A DNA stretch of 64,000 bases from Octopus sinensis. Taxonomy: Eukaryota. Made by a program: the position numbers and the translations under genes. Position 1 is the stretch's first letter. Each line of letters begins with the position of its first letter. A model generated the notes under the pieces. The model was not told the origin of the DNA. It ran no database searches and was given only the letters and a program-made list of their open reading frames with translations. The stretch lies in NCBI RefSeq assembly GCF_006345805.1, contig NC_043010.1:27838001-27902000 (forward strand), written 5' to 3'. Below are positions 50,895 through 64,000 of this stretch, piece by piece.

Positions 50895-53800
50895 GTACAT
50901 ACATGTATTCATACACACATACATACATACATACATACATACATACATACATACATACATACATACATACATACATACATACATACATACATACATACAT
51001 ACATACATTGTTATGGCTGCACCCTCGTTATCGAGTATGGCCATTGCATGAAGCGTAACTGTTACTGGTGCTGTGATCGAATGTGACTTTTTAGCCCAGC
51101 TAAAGATCTACAATGTCTTGTACAGAATTGGCAACTAAAACCTTTACCGGTAATAGCCGGCTGTAGTTGTAACTGGGCTTCATGTACCTTTGCATGTCGT
51201 TTAAGTCCTGCCGAATTACACTCTCTTCCACATGCCCGACAGATATGATTAATATGGTGTGTTACACCACCACCAGTGGCCAGGTTGTCACTCATCTGTC
51301 TCGCTTTATGACTACGAACATGACTCTTGAGTCCAGCTTTACTGAGGCAGGGTCTTGAACAGACATTACATGTCAGCATCAAAGGAAGACCCTTCTCATC
51401 TGGAAGTGTAACAGCGATGCCCTTTCTGACATCCCTCCTTACTTTCTCACGTGCAACTCGAGATTTCTCAAAAGTGGCTGTCCCCTCGTGCACAATCCTT
51501 CTCCACCTGCTACGATCAATAGCTATACCTTCCCATGTGTCAGGAGAGATGCAAGCATCTCTTAAGGGAGCCTTCAGCAATTCCTTATATCTCTTTTTTG
51601 GTTTATGTGGAGGTCGCTCTCCTCTAGTTAACTCTCCATAAATGAGTTGTTTTGGCACCCTTAAATCCTTCATCCTGACCAGATGACCACTCCATCTGAG
51701 CCTTTGCCTTAACACAAGAGCTTCTATACTTTCACATCGAGAGCCTTCCAATATTTCAAGATCACTGATGCAGTCCTTCCACTTAATGCCATAGATCCGT
51801 CTGAGGCATATCTGATGGAAACGTTCCAGATGTTTAAGGTGGTATCGATATGTGACCCACGTCTCGCAGGCATAGAGAAGAGAAGGGAGCACACATGCCT
51901 TGTACACCTTTATCTTGGTCTTTCTGCACATGTCTCGCCGACTCCAGAGGCGCTTTTTTAGCCTTCCGAAAGCAACACTTGCTTTCCTAATTCTAAATGG
52001 AATTTCATCATCCAAATTGCTATATCTATTAATAGTGCTTCCCAGGTAGACAAACTGATCAACTACATCAAGTCGTTTACCATACACATAGATATTTGGT
52101 ACACTATACTGCTTACCAGGGGCAGGTTGATGCTTGTCAACAATTTTCTTGAGATTGACTGTCAATCCTAAGGCAGTGCAAACATCAGAGAATGCATTCA
52201 AAATGTGTTGCATATCAATCTCTGTGTGTGCTACTAGCTCGCAATCATCTGCATACAAAAAGTCTCTTATGATAGAGGTAAATACCTTTGTTTTTGCAGC
52301 AAGGCGCCTGATATTAAATATTCTGCCAGAGGTTCGATAATGGACGTAAACACCGTATCTACAGTTTCTGAATGCAATACAGAACACCATCGCAAAATAT
52401 ATGGAAAATAGGGTCGGTGCCAGAATATCCCCCTGTTTCACTCCATTTTGTATTGAAATGGGCTCCTACATTTTCCCTCTGACATTCACCCTACCATTCA
52501 TGTCTTCATGAAAAGACCTAACCAAAACAAGGAACTTTTCAGGATACCCAAATTTCTGGAGGACTTTCCACAATGCTTTTCTATTGACGGTATCAAAGGC
52601 TTTTGTCAGATCGACAAAAACCTGATGCAAATCCAGACCCTGTTCCACACACCTCTCTTGAAGCTGTCTAGCTGAAAAGATCATATCAGCAGTGCCACGT
52701 CCAACACGAAAGCCAGATTGACTTTCTGGAAGAACACAATCTGCAATGTATTTCAGCAGACGATCCAGAAGTATCCTGCATAAAACCTTTCCTATGACAG
52801 ACAGCAATGATACTCCCCTATAATTACCACAATCATTCCTGTTGCCCTTTCCCTTATACAGGACCACCATTACTGCATCTCTCCACTCCTCAGGTACAGA
52901 TTCACTAGTCCATATATTACCAAACAAAGAGTGAAGTTTCTGCAGAAGTTTCTCACCACCATGCTGTAACAACTCCGCATGTATGCCATCCATACTCGGA
53001 GACTTCCCATTATTCAACCTTGAGACAGCCATTGCAACTTCTTCCAACTTTGGTGGTTCTGCGAGTGCTGCCTTCACAGGTAATCCAGGGATGAGATTGA
53101 GAACATCCTCACTAACTACAGACTGCTGATTGAAAAGTTCATCAAAGTGTTCTTGCCACCTTCGCAGAATTCCTTGTGAATCACGAAGAAGTTCTTTACC
53201 ATCCCTGCTTCGAAGTGGTGTCATCAGGGAAGACGTCGGTCCATAAACTTCTCACAAGAGACCATACAACAGCTTTGTGTTATTGGAATCTGATGCCGCC
53301 TGTATCTCATCAGCCTTCTTACTCCACCACGTATCCCTCATCTGAGAGAGCTTTTGCCTCACATGTGATTTTACGCCCTTGAGTTCCCTATGCAACACTT
53401 CCCTTTCCTGTGGCTTTGCTGACAAATAGCGTGACAAAGTACATCTTTTATCAGCCAATAAATCATCTATATGTTCATCATTTTCTTTAAACCAATCTTG
53501 ATGCTTTCTTTGTATCAATCCCAGAACTTTCTTGCCTATATCATAAACTGACTTTTTAAGGGTCGGCCAATCCTCCCCAATATCTGCAGCATTCATTTCC
53601 TCTCGTAAAGTTCTCTTCACACTATTACCTAAGACGATCACATCCAGTCTCTTAGGCAGGGTCATCTCTGCAGCTCATATTTTGTTTTGTGACTAATTTC
53701 ACTTTTGCACGTACTAGGCGGTGGTCAGTCCAACACTCAGCTCCACGAAGAACAGGAACACACTGCACATCCTGTCTGTCACGCACCCTAACAAGGATGT

Positions 53801-55220
53801 AATCCAGAATATGCCATTCTTTAGATGCAGGGTGCATCCATGTAGTCTTAAACTTATTCTTTTGTTGAAGCATGGTATTGGTAACACACAGACGCAGCTC
53901 CTCCCACATCTGCAGCAAAAGCTGTCAGGTCACTTTCGAGTGCTACTGGTAACATGTAACCCAGTACAACCTGTTGCATGGTCGGGTCGTCGGCGACTAA
54001 ACCGGCAACCCTACCAAGCTTGCTTGGTGAAGAGGGTGTTTATTGGACACCCTGCGGGATGAAAAACAAAACCCGTCAAAGGGCGGAGGAACTCTTGAGA
54101 GTCAACGGCCATCCAATAAATGTCTTAAGGCTGTATCATGTGCGGGGACATAGAAATAATCAGACTGAATACTCGATCGCGCGGTTAAACCATTGGGAGT
54201 GAAGGACTCCTAGCCTTTGTTAGGGCATCCTTCTAGGAGAAGGTAACTCAGGTAACTGGGATAACTCTGACATAAAACCTGCGGCTCAGTGGTTACCGGT
54301 GATGTTGTTCTTCTTTTCGGATTATGGCTGCTGTTGCTTAGTGAGTGGGAGTGACTCAGTGCACAGCCTTTCCTCACTTTAAAAAAAAAAATCTTTTTGC
54401 ACAGATATTGCACGATAACAACATTGATTGATTGATTAAAATGATTAACTAATTCATGATTATTGATGGCACTGTGAGTCTCAACTGAATGGCTGGCTGT
54501 AGCCTTAAAAAGCAAAAAATCAATGATGTACCAAAACGGTATAAAAATAAATGGCAGTTAGGACTCTGGAACCATATCAGCTGAAAGAGTTTGGCCCGGC
54601 AGGGGCTTCCAGAGCATCACAGTCTGAACCCGGCCGTCATCATGCTACTTTGATAGAACCAAAGAAAATAGTGAATATTGGCTGTTGGAATGTACGGACA
54701 CTGCTTGACCGCAAGTCCTCTGAATGTCCTGAAAGAAGGACTGCGCTTGTTGCGAAGGAGCTTCAACGCTATGATCTTGACATTGTTGCTTTATCTGAGA
54801 CGAGATTACCTGGAGATGGTCATTTTACAGAATCTTGTAAAAATATACATTCTTTTGGAAAGGGAGGAATGAAGAGTTTAGAGGAGAAGCTGGAGTAGCA
54901 TTTGCTGTTAAGACTACTCTTGTGGACAAGTTGGAAGAATTCCCTGTCGGAATTAACGAGCGTCTTATGTCCATGAGAATTCTTTTGGCTAAAGGAAATT
55001 ATATGACCTTGGTGAGTGTGTATGCTCCAACTATGTGCTTTACTGATGACGAAAAATTTTCTTTCTCCCATGCTTTGTAGGGCATTGTAAGAAATATCCT
55101 TCGGGCAGACAAATTCATCGTACTGGGTGACTTTAATGTTAGAGTGGGTAGGGATTTTAACACATGGAAAGTAATTGGAAAGCATGGGGTGGGGAAGTGT
55201 AATAGTAATGGCATGCTTTT
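50895..55220 (-). mobile_element. Full-length RTE LINE with 5' inversion (53923-55220 on plus strand) and candidate 16-bp TSD
   Basis: EN N-terminus on plus ([40 protein letters not shown]). The remainder is on minus (LLQMWEELRL, WTDHRL, FVDLTKAFDTV, GVKQG, YADD, three C2H2). ATAGATACATTCATAC at 50879-50894 and 55224-55239. Confidence 0.92.
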
Positions 55221-55325
55221 TACATAGATACATTCATACATGCATACGTACATAGATGCAAATATGTACACGCACACATACGTACGTATACAGTATACAG
55301 ACGTGTATGTATGTATGTATGTATG

Positions 55326-55356
<31 letters not shown>

Positions 55357-55690
55357 GGTATGTATGTAGGTGTATGGAAATATATATGTATATATATATA
55401 TATACTCTTTTACTTGTTTCAGTCATTTGACTGCGGCCATGCTGGAGCACCGCTTTTAGTCGAGCAAATCGACCCCGGGACTTATTCTTTGTAAGCCCAG
55501 TACTTATTCTATCGGTCTCTTTTGCCGATCCGCTAAGTGACGGGGATGTAAAACACACCAGCATCGGTTGTCAAGCAATGCTAGGGAGACAAACACAGAC
55601 ACACAAACACATACACACAATACATAATATATATATATATAATATATATATATATATATTATTATATATATATATATCTATATATATATA

Positions 55691-55724
<34 letters not shown>

Positions 55725-55730
<6 letters not shown>

Positions 55731-56338
55731 AAATAGAAAGATGAATAATCTGTAGTAGATTAATCAAAAGTTTAACCGATACCTTAGTACCAAAAATCAC
55801 AGCAGTAAACAGCACGGTTGGAGGTACAACCATCTGGCGTTGCAACCGTGCGTTGGTGCGGATAATTGAAATTAAAACATTATTGGTGAATTGAAGAAAT
55901 GGAGCTGAACGCAGATTGAACAAAATCGTTTTATTTCATTCTACACACGTGTTCGAAAGGCACAAATTACCAAAATCCGATTGAATAATGGGACCATATT
56001 GTGTCTTTCTCTTCAGGAAGAAAAAAGAAATCCGTTGGAAAAACAAAAACAGAACAGAGGCGGAGCAAAAACAAATCGAACTGTGCTCCTAAGAGCCCAT
56101 GGCGAAACTCAAGTTTCGCCATGGGCTCTTAGGAGCACAGTTCGATTTGTTTTTGCTCCGCCTCTGTTCTGTTTTTGTTTTTCCAACGGATTTCCTTTTT
56201 TCTTCCTGAAGAGAAAGACACAATATGGTCCCATTATTCAATCGGATTTTGGTAATTTGTGCCTTTCGAAACACGTGTAGAATGAAATAAAACGATTTCT
56301 GTTCAATCTGCGTTCAGCTCCATTTCTTCAATTCACCA

Positions 56339-56341
<3 letters not shown>
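55725..56341. mobile_element. Foldback element with ~460-bp palindrome (55881-56109 / 56112-56341)
   Basis: Arms of 229 and 230 bp, 2-bp spacer, three small differences. (TA)n on both outer flanks. Confidence 0.95.
56199..56287 (+). ncRNA. Intact minimal type-I hammerhead ribozyme motif
   Basis: Stem I tttc-ttc/gaatgaaa, CTGAAGA 56206-56212, 11-bp stem II gaaagacacaa/ttgtgcctttc (one mismatch), GAAA, ACACGTGT palindrome, predicted cleavage after GTA at 56279. Confidence 0.8.
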
Positions 56342-56373
<32 letters not shown>

Positions 56374-56528
56374 TACGACAGGCTTCTTTCAGTTTCCGTC
56401 TACCAAATCCACTTACAAGGCATTGGTCGGCCCGAGGCTATAGTAGAAGACACTTGCCCAAGGTGCCAGGCAGTGGGACTGAACCCGGAACCATGTGGTT
56501 GGTTAGCAAGCTACTTACCACACAGCCA

Positions 56529-56559
<31 letters not shown>

Positions 56560-56622
56560 CACATACACATATATGCATATGTATGTATATTCATATGTAC
56601 GTGTGTGAATGTGTATATATTG

Positions 56623-56661
<39 letters not shown>

Positions 56662-56813
56662 TATATTATATATATATATAGTATGTATGTATGTATATAT
56701 ATATTATATATATGTACATATATTTTATAATATATATATATATATATGCTATATAATATATGTATGTATGTATATATATATGTATATATATGTAATGTAT
56801 TATATAGTATATT

Positions 56814-56856
<43 letters not shown>

Positions 56857-57209
56857 AAAAGTAAAAAAATATACAAACTGGGACAAGATATATATATATA
56901 ATACAAATATAGATATACGTAATATATGTATATGTATATAAACATACACGTGACGATAAGATCTGGGTCACACGTTTTCGGCAAGGCTCCGTATAAATAG
57001 TGAATATGTTAATATGGAAGAGAAATTACAAAATTTCACATGAACGAAACAATAAAAATAAAACAGAGAAACTATAAAAAATAGAGAAAATACACCAATT
57101 ATTCATCAATAAATAAATAAATAAACGCATCAAACCGGGGAGGGGGGCAACGCTTCAAAACAGGTGTGTATAGTTATTTTACTGTGTATACATACGGAGT
57201 ATAGGTGTG

Positions 57210-57287
<78 letters not shown>

Positions 57288-57460
57288 CTATATATATATA
57301 TATATATCTATATATATAATGGTGTGTGTGTGTTTTTTTATTAGTCACACGGGGCTGAACACAGAGGGGACAAATTACAAAGTAGAGCTTTTCTTTTTGG
57401 GGAGAAAAAAAATAAATAAAAATACAAATAAAACGGGGGTGGTGTGTATATATATATATA

Positions 57461-57534
<74 letters not shown>

Positions 57535-57785
57535 ATGTAATGTATGTATATAGTATATACATATACATATGTGTGTGTCTATGCTTGTCCCCTATCAATC
57601 GCGTTACAACCGATGCTGGTGTGTTTACGTCCCCGTAACTTAGCGGTTCGGCAAAAGAAACCGATGAATAAGTACTAGACTTACAATGAATAAGTAATGA
57701 GGTCGATTTGCATGGCCGCAGTTAAATGACGGAAACAATAAAAGAATATATAAATATACATATATACATATATATACATATATAT

Positions 57786-57818
<33 letters not shown>

Positions 57819-57855
57819 CTATATATAGATATATATAGATATATATATATATTAC

Positions 57856-57953
<98 letters not shown>

Positions 57954-57988
57954 CATATATATATACTAGGATCATATATATATATATA

Positions 57989-58025
<37 letters not shown>

Positions 58026-58401
58026 GTACATACCATATACTACTCACATACACGCATACACACACACATATATACATACATATATAGAGAAACAAAAATA
58101 TATAAATATATATCTATATATACATGCATATATGTGTGCGCACAGATATACACACACATTCTTTTATTCGTTTACTTGTTTCTGTCATTTGACTGCGGCC
58201 ATGCTGGAGCATGCGTGGTGTTTTCTAAAACCTTCCTCTTCGCTTCGTGCAGAAAACCACAGAACAAAACACGTGTTTGGAAAGCACATCAAGCATTGCC
58301 AAGGTGAACGGCGACAACAGCAGCAACAGCAGCAGAAACTGCTGCTGTTTTCATCTGCAAACCTCCGCTGCTGTTTGCTGCTGCTGTTTGCTGTGCTTGT
58401 A

Positions 58402-58432
<31 letters not shown>

Positions 58433-59157
58433 CTACAGCTGTAGGTAAGGAAACACACTGTAGCGGTTTGAGGAGAGGAGGGGGAGGAGGTAACAGCGTG
58501 CGTGATGTACGTACGTACGTATATATGTATGTTGTATTATTTATGTATGTGTATGTATTTTTGTATGTATGTATGTATTGTGGGTACCGTATGTATGTAT
58601 GTCTTGTATGTATGTATTATGTATGTATGTAGTATGCATGCATGCATGCATGTATGTATGTATGTATGTATGTATGTATGTATGTATGTATGCATGTATG
58701 TATGTATGTACGTACGTATGTATGTATGTATGTACGTATGTATGTACGCATGTATGTATGCATGTATGTATGTATGTATCTGTGCGTGCGTATGTGTATG
58801 TGAGGGTGAGCGAAAAAAAGAAAGAAAGATTGAATGAAAGGGAGAAAGAGACATGTAAGAGATATAGAAAGAGAAAGAAGAAAATGGGTGTTGGTGGGAA
58901 GTAAGAGATAAGAGAGAGAGAGAGAGAGAGAGTGGTAAGAGGAAGGAGAGGAGACAGATAAATAGAGATAAAGAGATTTATTTGCATACGTGCGTCTGTG
59001 TTTGTGTGTGTGTGTGTGTGCATGTGTGAGTGTACCAGATGTATGTGTGTGAGTGAACAAGTGTATATGGCGCTCATAAACCCCAGACAAGCTTTATATC
59101 ATGTTTCAGGCGACACACACCACCCCTCTCTCTCTCTCCCTCTTTCTATCTATCTAA

Positions 59158-59212
<55 letters not shown>

Positions 59213-59368
59213 CCTTGACCGGAACGAATAGCACAAAAGGAAGGCAGGAAAAATAATAGATTGACAAAGAAATGAGAGAAGAGATACATTCACACTTATA
59301 CGCACACATACATTCACACACACAGTAAGAGCCAGATATATACATACATACATACATACATACATACA

Positions 59369-59400
<32 letters not shown>

Positions 59401-59443
59401 AGTGTATGTATGCGTCTTTTTGATAATATGTATATATGTATGT

Positions 59444-59543
59444 NNNNNNNNNNNNNNNNNNNNNNNNNNNNNNNNNNNNNNNNNNNNNNNNNNNNNNNNN
59501 NNNNNNNNNNNNNNNNNNNNNNNNNNNNNNNNNNNNNNNNNNN
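59444..59543. other. Assembly gap (100 N)
   Basis: Directly visible. Confidence 1.
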
Positions 59544-59765
59544 CATTGAGGCTATGCTTACTACTACTTACTTCCATCTTCAGAAATGCTGTTAGGAATT
59601 ATCTTTACGTTCTGAGATCTGGGGTTGAAGTAGAAGATACGTACCGAACGTGCCTCGCAGTGGGATCTGAACTCGAGACCACGTGGTTGCGAAATGTACG
59701 TTTTGAGTACACAGCCGTGCCTGCACATAAGCATGCACGCACACACATACACATGCACACACATT

Positions 59766-59832
<67 letters not shown>

Positions 59833-59863
59833 ATCACATAAGCAACAAGGATATCCAGAGGTA

Positions 59864-59953
59864 ATGCAGTACGATCGTTTCATGCGACTCCATTTAATTG
59901 AACAATGAAAATATTACATCAATTTTAAAATGTAGAGCAATCTTCAGCTGCAT
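59864..59953 (-). ncRNA. Hammerhead ribozyme motif
   Basis: Minus strand: atgcag CTGAAGA [degenerate stem II] GAAA CGATCGT A ctgcat; 6-bp stem I, ACGATCGT palindrome, GTA site. Confidence 0.7.
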
Positions 59954-61255
59954 AAAAAACAGAATTTAGTTAAACTCGAAGGATTCATTTGTGTATAGTT
60001 TTCCTATTATCCAAAATCACAAGAGGATAGTAGATAGACAAAGAATGAATTAACTGAATCTAATTTTACTTAACTTTTATATATATATATATAAGATTAT
60101 ATATATTATATGCAGTATTCTCACGTGTATCTGTTTGTGCATGCGTGCGCGTGTGTATTTGGGTTATAAAAATATATTTTCACAATTGAGAAAATATTTT
60201 GATGCTTAATAATTTAATTGAACGGATGCACTATTGTTTAGAACTGATAGAAAAAATAACCGTCATCATTTTTTATGAGACGGGTAAACCAGTAGCTATA
60301 ATAATAATTATTATTTCTTACTTAGGAACGAGGCGAGCAATTTCAAGGAGGGGTATGGTAGGTCGATACGATAGCCCCCCCCCCCACACACACACACACA
60401 CAGCCCTACCCCACTACTCAATTGCTACTTTATCTTATCAACCCCGTAAGGCTAAGTTGACCTTGGCTACTACAGTAGTAATAATAATAATGATGATAAT
60501 AATAATAATAGTACCCCCCTCCAAAGGAAACAGTAAAAAAAAATAATACAGCCATCATCACCAGGAACCCAGACACGAGAAAATGAACGAGATCCAGGTA
60601 CACATAGGCAAGCGACATGTCTGGAATTACAATCGAGACACTGTTATTAGGTGTCCCGTGAATGTTTATTACATGTTAACCCTGTATGAGTCACTCTAAT
60701 GAGCAATCACGGATCAATGAGAACGAGAGAAAGAGAGAGAGAGGGGGGAGAGAGAGAGAGCAAAGAAAAAGAAAAGGTGAATGGAACGTCGAGGCATGTT
60801 ACGGCTGCTGTGTTTATAAGTGGTGTTCTTATTTCAAGGTATTTCTTAATTGCGCTCAACCAGACGTGATGGTACTTCATGGAATGGTGGCGATGGTGGT
60901 GGTGGTAGTGGTGGTGGTGGCGACGGTAATTATGATAGTGATAGCTGTAGAGACTGTAGTGATGATGGTAGTGGTGGTGGTAGTCGTCGTGTGATGGGGT
61001 TTGTCGTCGATGGTGGTGGTAGTGTTGGTGATGACAGCAGTGATGATGGTGGTGACAGTGATTCTGATGATGAGAGACAATGAAATTTAAGGGTAGAACG
61101 TTGGTAGATCAAATCAACCCCTGTACTTTGCTGGTGCTTTATATTACCGGCTCCGAAAGGACGAAAGCCAAAGTTCAACACGGCTGGATTACGTTCTGAA
61201 TTCAAATTCCACCGAGATCAATTTTGCTTTCCATCCTTTCAGAATTGATGAATTA

Positions 61256-61420
61256 CCGTATTTTAACGTGTATAAGGAGCCCTCATGTATAAAGAACCCC
61301 CTAATTTTGTGGGCTTAAAATTTAGAAAAAATGGTTTTGTAAATGATTATAATACTATCCATGTATAAGAAATTCCCATATTTTTTAAATCTAAATTTTG
61401 ACAAAAAGGGTTCGCAAATT
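61256..61420. mobile_element. Possible pogo/Tigger-like MITE end
   Basis: TA followed by ccgtattttaacgtgtataag resembles pogo-type MITE termini; no partner TIR confirmed. Confidence 0.25.
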
Positions 61421-62029
61421 ACTATTTTTTTAAAAATCTCAAACGTGAAATATTCAGCAACAGTACTTTGTAGTAAAGATTGTTTGCCAACATAACATGG
61501 CAGTCCTGGTTTAGGACTAATGTTGCTGTAATTTAGCCCCAGGAGATATCGTCTCCAGCTGGCTATATGACACGATCTGTGTCCTTACATTTTCGATCAA
61601 GGGAATCTAGCACCCCCACTCAGCTCAAAACAATATCTGTGTATCGCGATTTCTGGGTTATCAACTAGTCCCCTCCCCTAAAACTTCAGGCCTTGAGAAA
61701 GGATTTATTAGCGGTGAGCTGCCAGTATGGTTAGCACGCGAGGCAAAATGCTTAGCGAAATTTCGTCCGTCTTTATGTTCTGAATTCAAGTTCCACAAAC
61801 AGAGAAACACATATGTATGCATATACGACGGGCTTCTTTCAGTTTCCGTCTACCAAATCCACTATCAAAGCTTTGGTCGGCCCCTGGTTATAATAGCAGA
61901 TGCTTGCCCATGGTGCCACAGAGTGGGACTGAACCCAGGACCATGCGGTTGATTAGCAAGCATCTTAGCACACAGCTTGTCTGCGCTTGTGCACTCATCC
62001 TGCACCTCATATGTTGTTAACTGCCTCTA

Positions 62030-62155
62030 TACATTTCTTTCACTCCTATTGTCTCTATATCCCTCTTTCACTCCTTCTCCATTTGTCTCTATATCTCTCT
62101 TCCACTCCCGCACCATTTATCTCTATATCTCTCTTTCACTCCTTCTCCATTTGTC
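62030..62155. repeat. ~35-bp pyrimidine-rich minisatellite x3.5
   Basis: ctttcactccttctccatttgtctctatatct repeated. Confidence 0.8.
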
Positions 62156-62809
62156 ACCATACGGTATGTAAGGCATAACTAGAGAAAAACACCAACCAAC
62201 CAACCAACCAAACAACCAGCATCTATAACGACCATTATTACACTGAGATTTATTCTTCCGGTTGTTTAATTTCAAAATGACTCCTATCGTTATGCATACA
62301 AACCTGGTACAATTTTAAACTTCTAGAAAACCGTTTCGCAGCTGGGTTTCAGTTATACTCTGAATCACATTAATTATCCTGGGTCGCAAGCCATTTATAG
62401 AACGGGCTTCAGGTGAATAAACAGTAGACATTGACATAATAATAAAGTTCGAGTAATTATTCGTTTTATTTTAATTGTTGACTAATTAAAGTAAATTTGT
62501 CGATTGACCTCAACGAAAAAGTTTGCAAGGAATTTCTTAATGTGCTTTTATTAATAATATACATTATATAACCTTGTAATTCTAATATAATATCATAAGA
62601 GAACTAAATATAGGAAAAGTTTTAAATTTAAAACAAAGAATTGTATCATGATTAATAACGTGTTATTTTTTTTTTGTGGGTGTATATATACATATAATAT
62701 ATCCTTCTGGTGACGTCGATGATCGCCTGGGGCTAAATGCATCAGTAACACCCCCACCCACCCCGCCCTGCCCTAGCCACATTCAGATGGCTGATCCCCC
62801 TTATGTTTT

Positions 62810-62841
<32 letters not shown>

Positions 62842-62869
62842 ATAATAGATATAATATATATATATATAT

Positions 62870-63065
62870 ATTCTTTTTTTTACTTGTTTCAGTCATTTGA
62901 CTGCGGCCATGCTGGAGCAATACCTTTAGTCGAAAGAATTGTCCACAGACTTATTCTTTGTAAGCCTTGCGCTTATCCTCTCGGTCTCTTTTGCCGAACC
63001 GGTTAAGTTTCGGGGGACATTAGCACACCAACATTGGTTGCCAAGCGATAGGGGGGCGGGGGGAA

Positions 63066-63070
<5 letters not shown>
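62870..63070 (-). mobile_element. Family B SINE 3' half (further fragments at 48567, 50565, 57570, 59615, 61817)
   Basis: tacttgtttcagtcatttgactgcggccatgctggagc...tctcttttgccgaacc. Confidence 0.8.
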
Positions 63071-63108
<38 letters not shown>

Positions 63109-63111
63109 AAT

Positions 63112-63155
<44 letters not shown>

Positions 63156-63542
63156 ATATATATATTGTGTGTGTGTGTGTGTATATATGTATATATGATA
63201 TATGTATATATATGTGTGTATGCATATGTATGTGTATATTAGTGTGGTATGTATGTGTATGTATGTATAAAATATTATATAATTAGGGCTTAGTAAATAA
63301 ATTACTTTGCCACATACTGAACTTTCTAGAAAAAGCAGCCAAAAAAGTTTTTTTTAGCCTCTTCCACTACTTAGAGATATTTTCTCTCAGACATTGTTTA
63401 CTCAAAAAAAATAATGGTCCTTTTACATACTGAATACTGGGTGAAATTGATTAATAAAACTAATTAACTTAACCCTCAATTGTTGATATATGTATGTGTG
63501 TATATATGTATGTGTATTGTATATGTACATGTATGTATATGT

Positions 63543-63596
<54 letters not shown>

Positions 63597-63614
63597 TGTA
63601 TGGGTGTTGTGTGT

Positions 63615-63654
<40 letters not shown>

Positions 63655-63895
63655 ATGTGTGTGTTATGTGGTATTATGTATATATTATGTGTATATATAT
63701 ATATGTAATATGATATGTATGTGTGGTGTGTATATGTATGTGTGTGGTATATATATGAGGTACGCGAGTATGTCGATGTATATGCAGGTATGTAGAGTTA
63801 TGTGTATGTGCATGTATGTGAGTGTAGATACAAATTGTAGATGTGTATATATATATGTGTGTATATATACATGTATATAGGTATATGTATGTGTG

Positions 63896-63926
<31 letters not shown>

Positions 63927-64000
63927 ATATGTATATGCGTATATGGGTATGTAGAGATATAAGTATGTGAATGTGTATATATATGTGTGTATATATATGT

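Larger units (their letters stand above)
55405..56528 (-). mobile_element. Family B SINE split by an insertion into its internal TA tract
   Basis: 3' half at 55405-55610 and 5' half at 56375-56528, both on the minus strand, with the foldback element in between. Confidence 0.8.

Noticed and set aside
58132-58632. ORF with polyQ and a hydrophobic tail
   Set aside because: Starts in a SINE remnant and continues through (CAG), (TTG) and (TATG) repeats.

Overview
Eukaryotic, extremely microsatellite-rich DNA with no confidently identifiable host gene and a 100-N gap at 59444-59543. The SINE families and (TA)/(CATA)/(GT) tract density suggest an octopus or other coleoid cephalopod (inference). Most entries in the ORF track are translations of simple repeats. 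The informative sequence is transposon-derived. It includes two Penelope-like elements (RT plus GIY-YIG), a full-length RTE LINE with a 1.3-kb twin-priming-type 5' inversion and a candidate 16-bp TSD, two CR1-clade LINEs, and degraded RTE, Tx1 and CR1/L2 fragments. There are also two mariner elements, hAT/piggyBac/pogo-type MITE remnants and many tRNA-derived SINEs. The most notable pattern is a set of minimal type-I hammerhead ribozyme (HHR) motifs in small non-coding elements. They have a CUGANGA core, GAAA and a palindromic stem III, and most sit in or beside (TA)n tracts and in foldback (inverted) arrangements. Examples are a ~460-bp near-perfect palindrome with one intact HHR, a U3-A8 core variant in both inverted ends of a Penelope element, and a head-to-head pair of tRNA-headed HHR-tailed SINE-like elements. 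A weak candidate pair of host exons lies at 18667-19073. All family assignments and RNA structures were read by eye; no alignment or folding was run.
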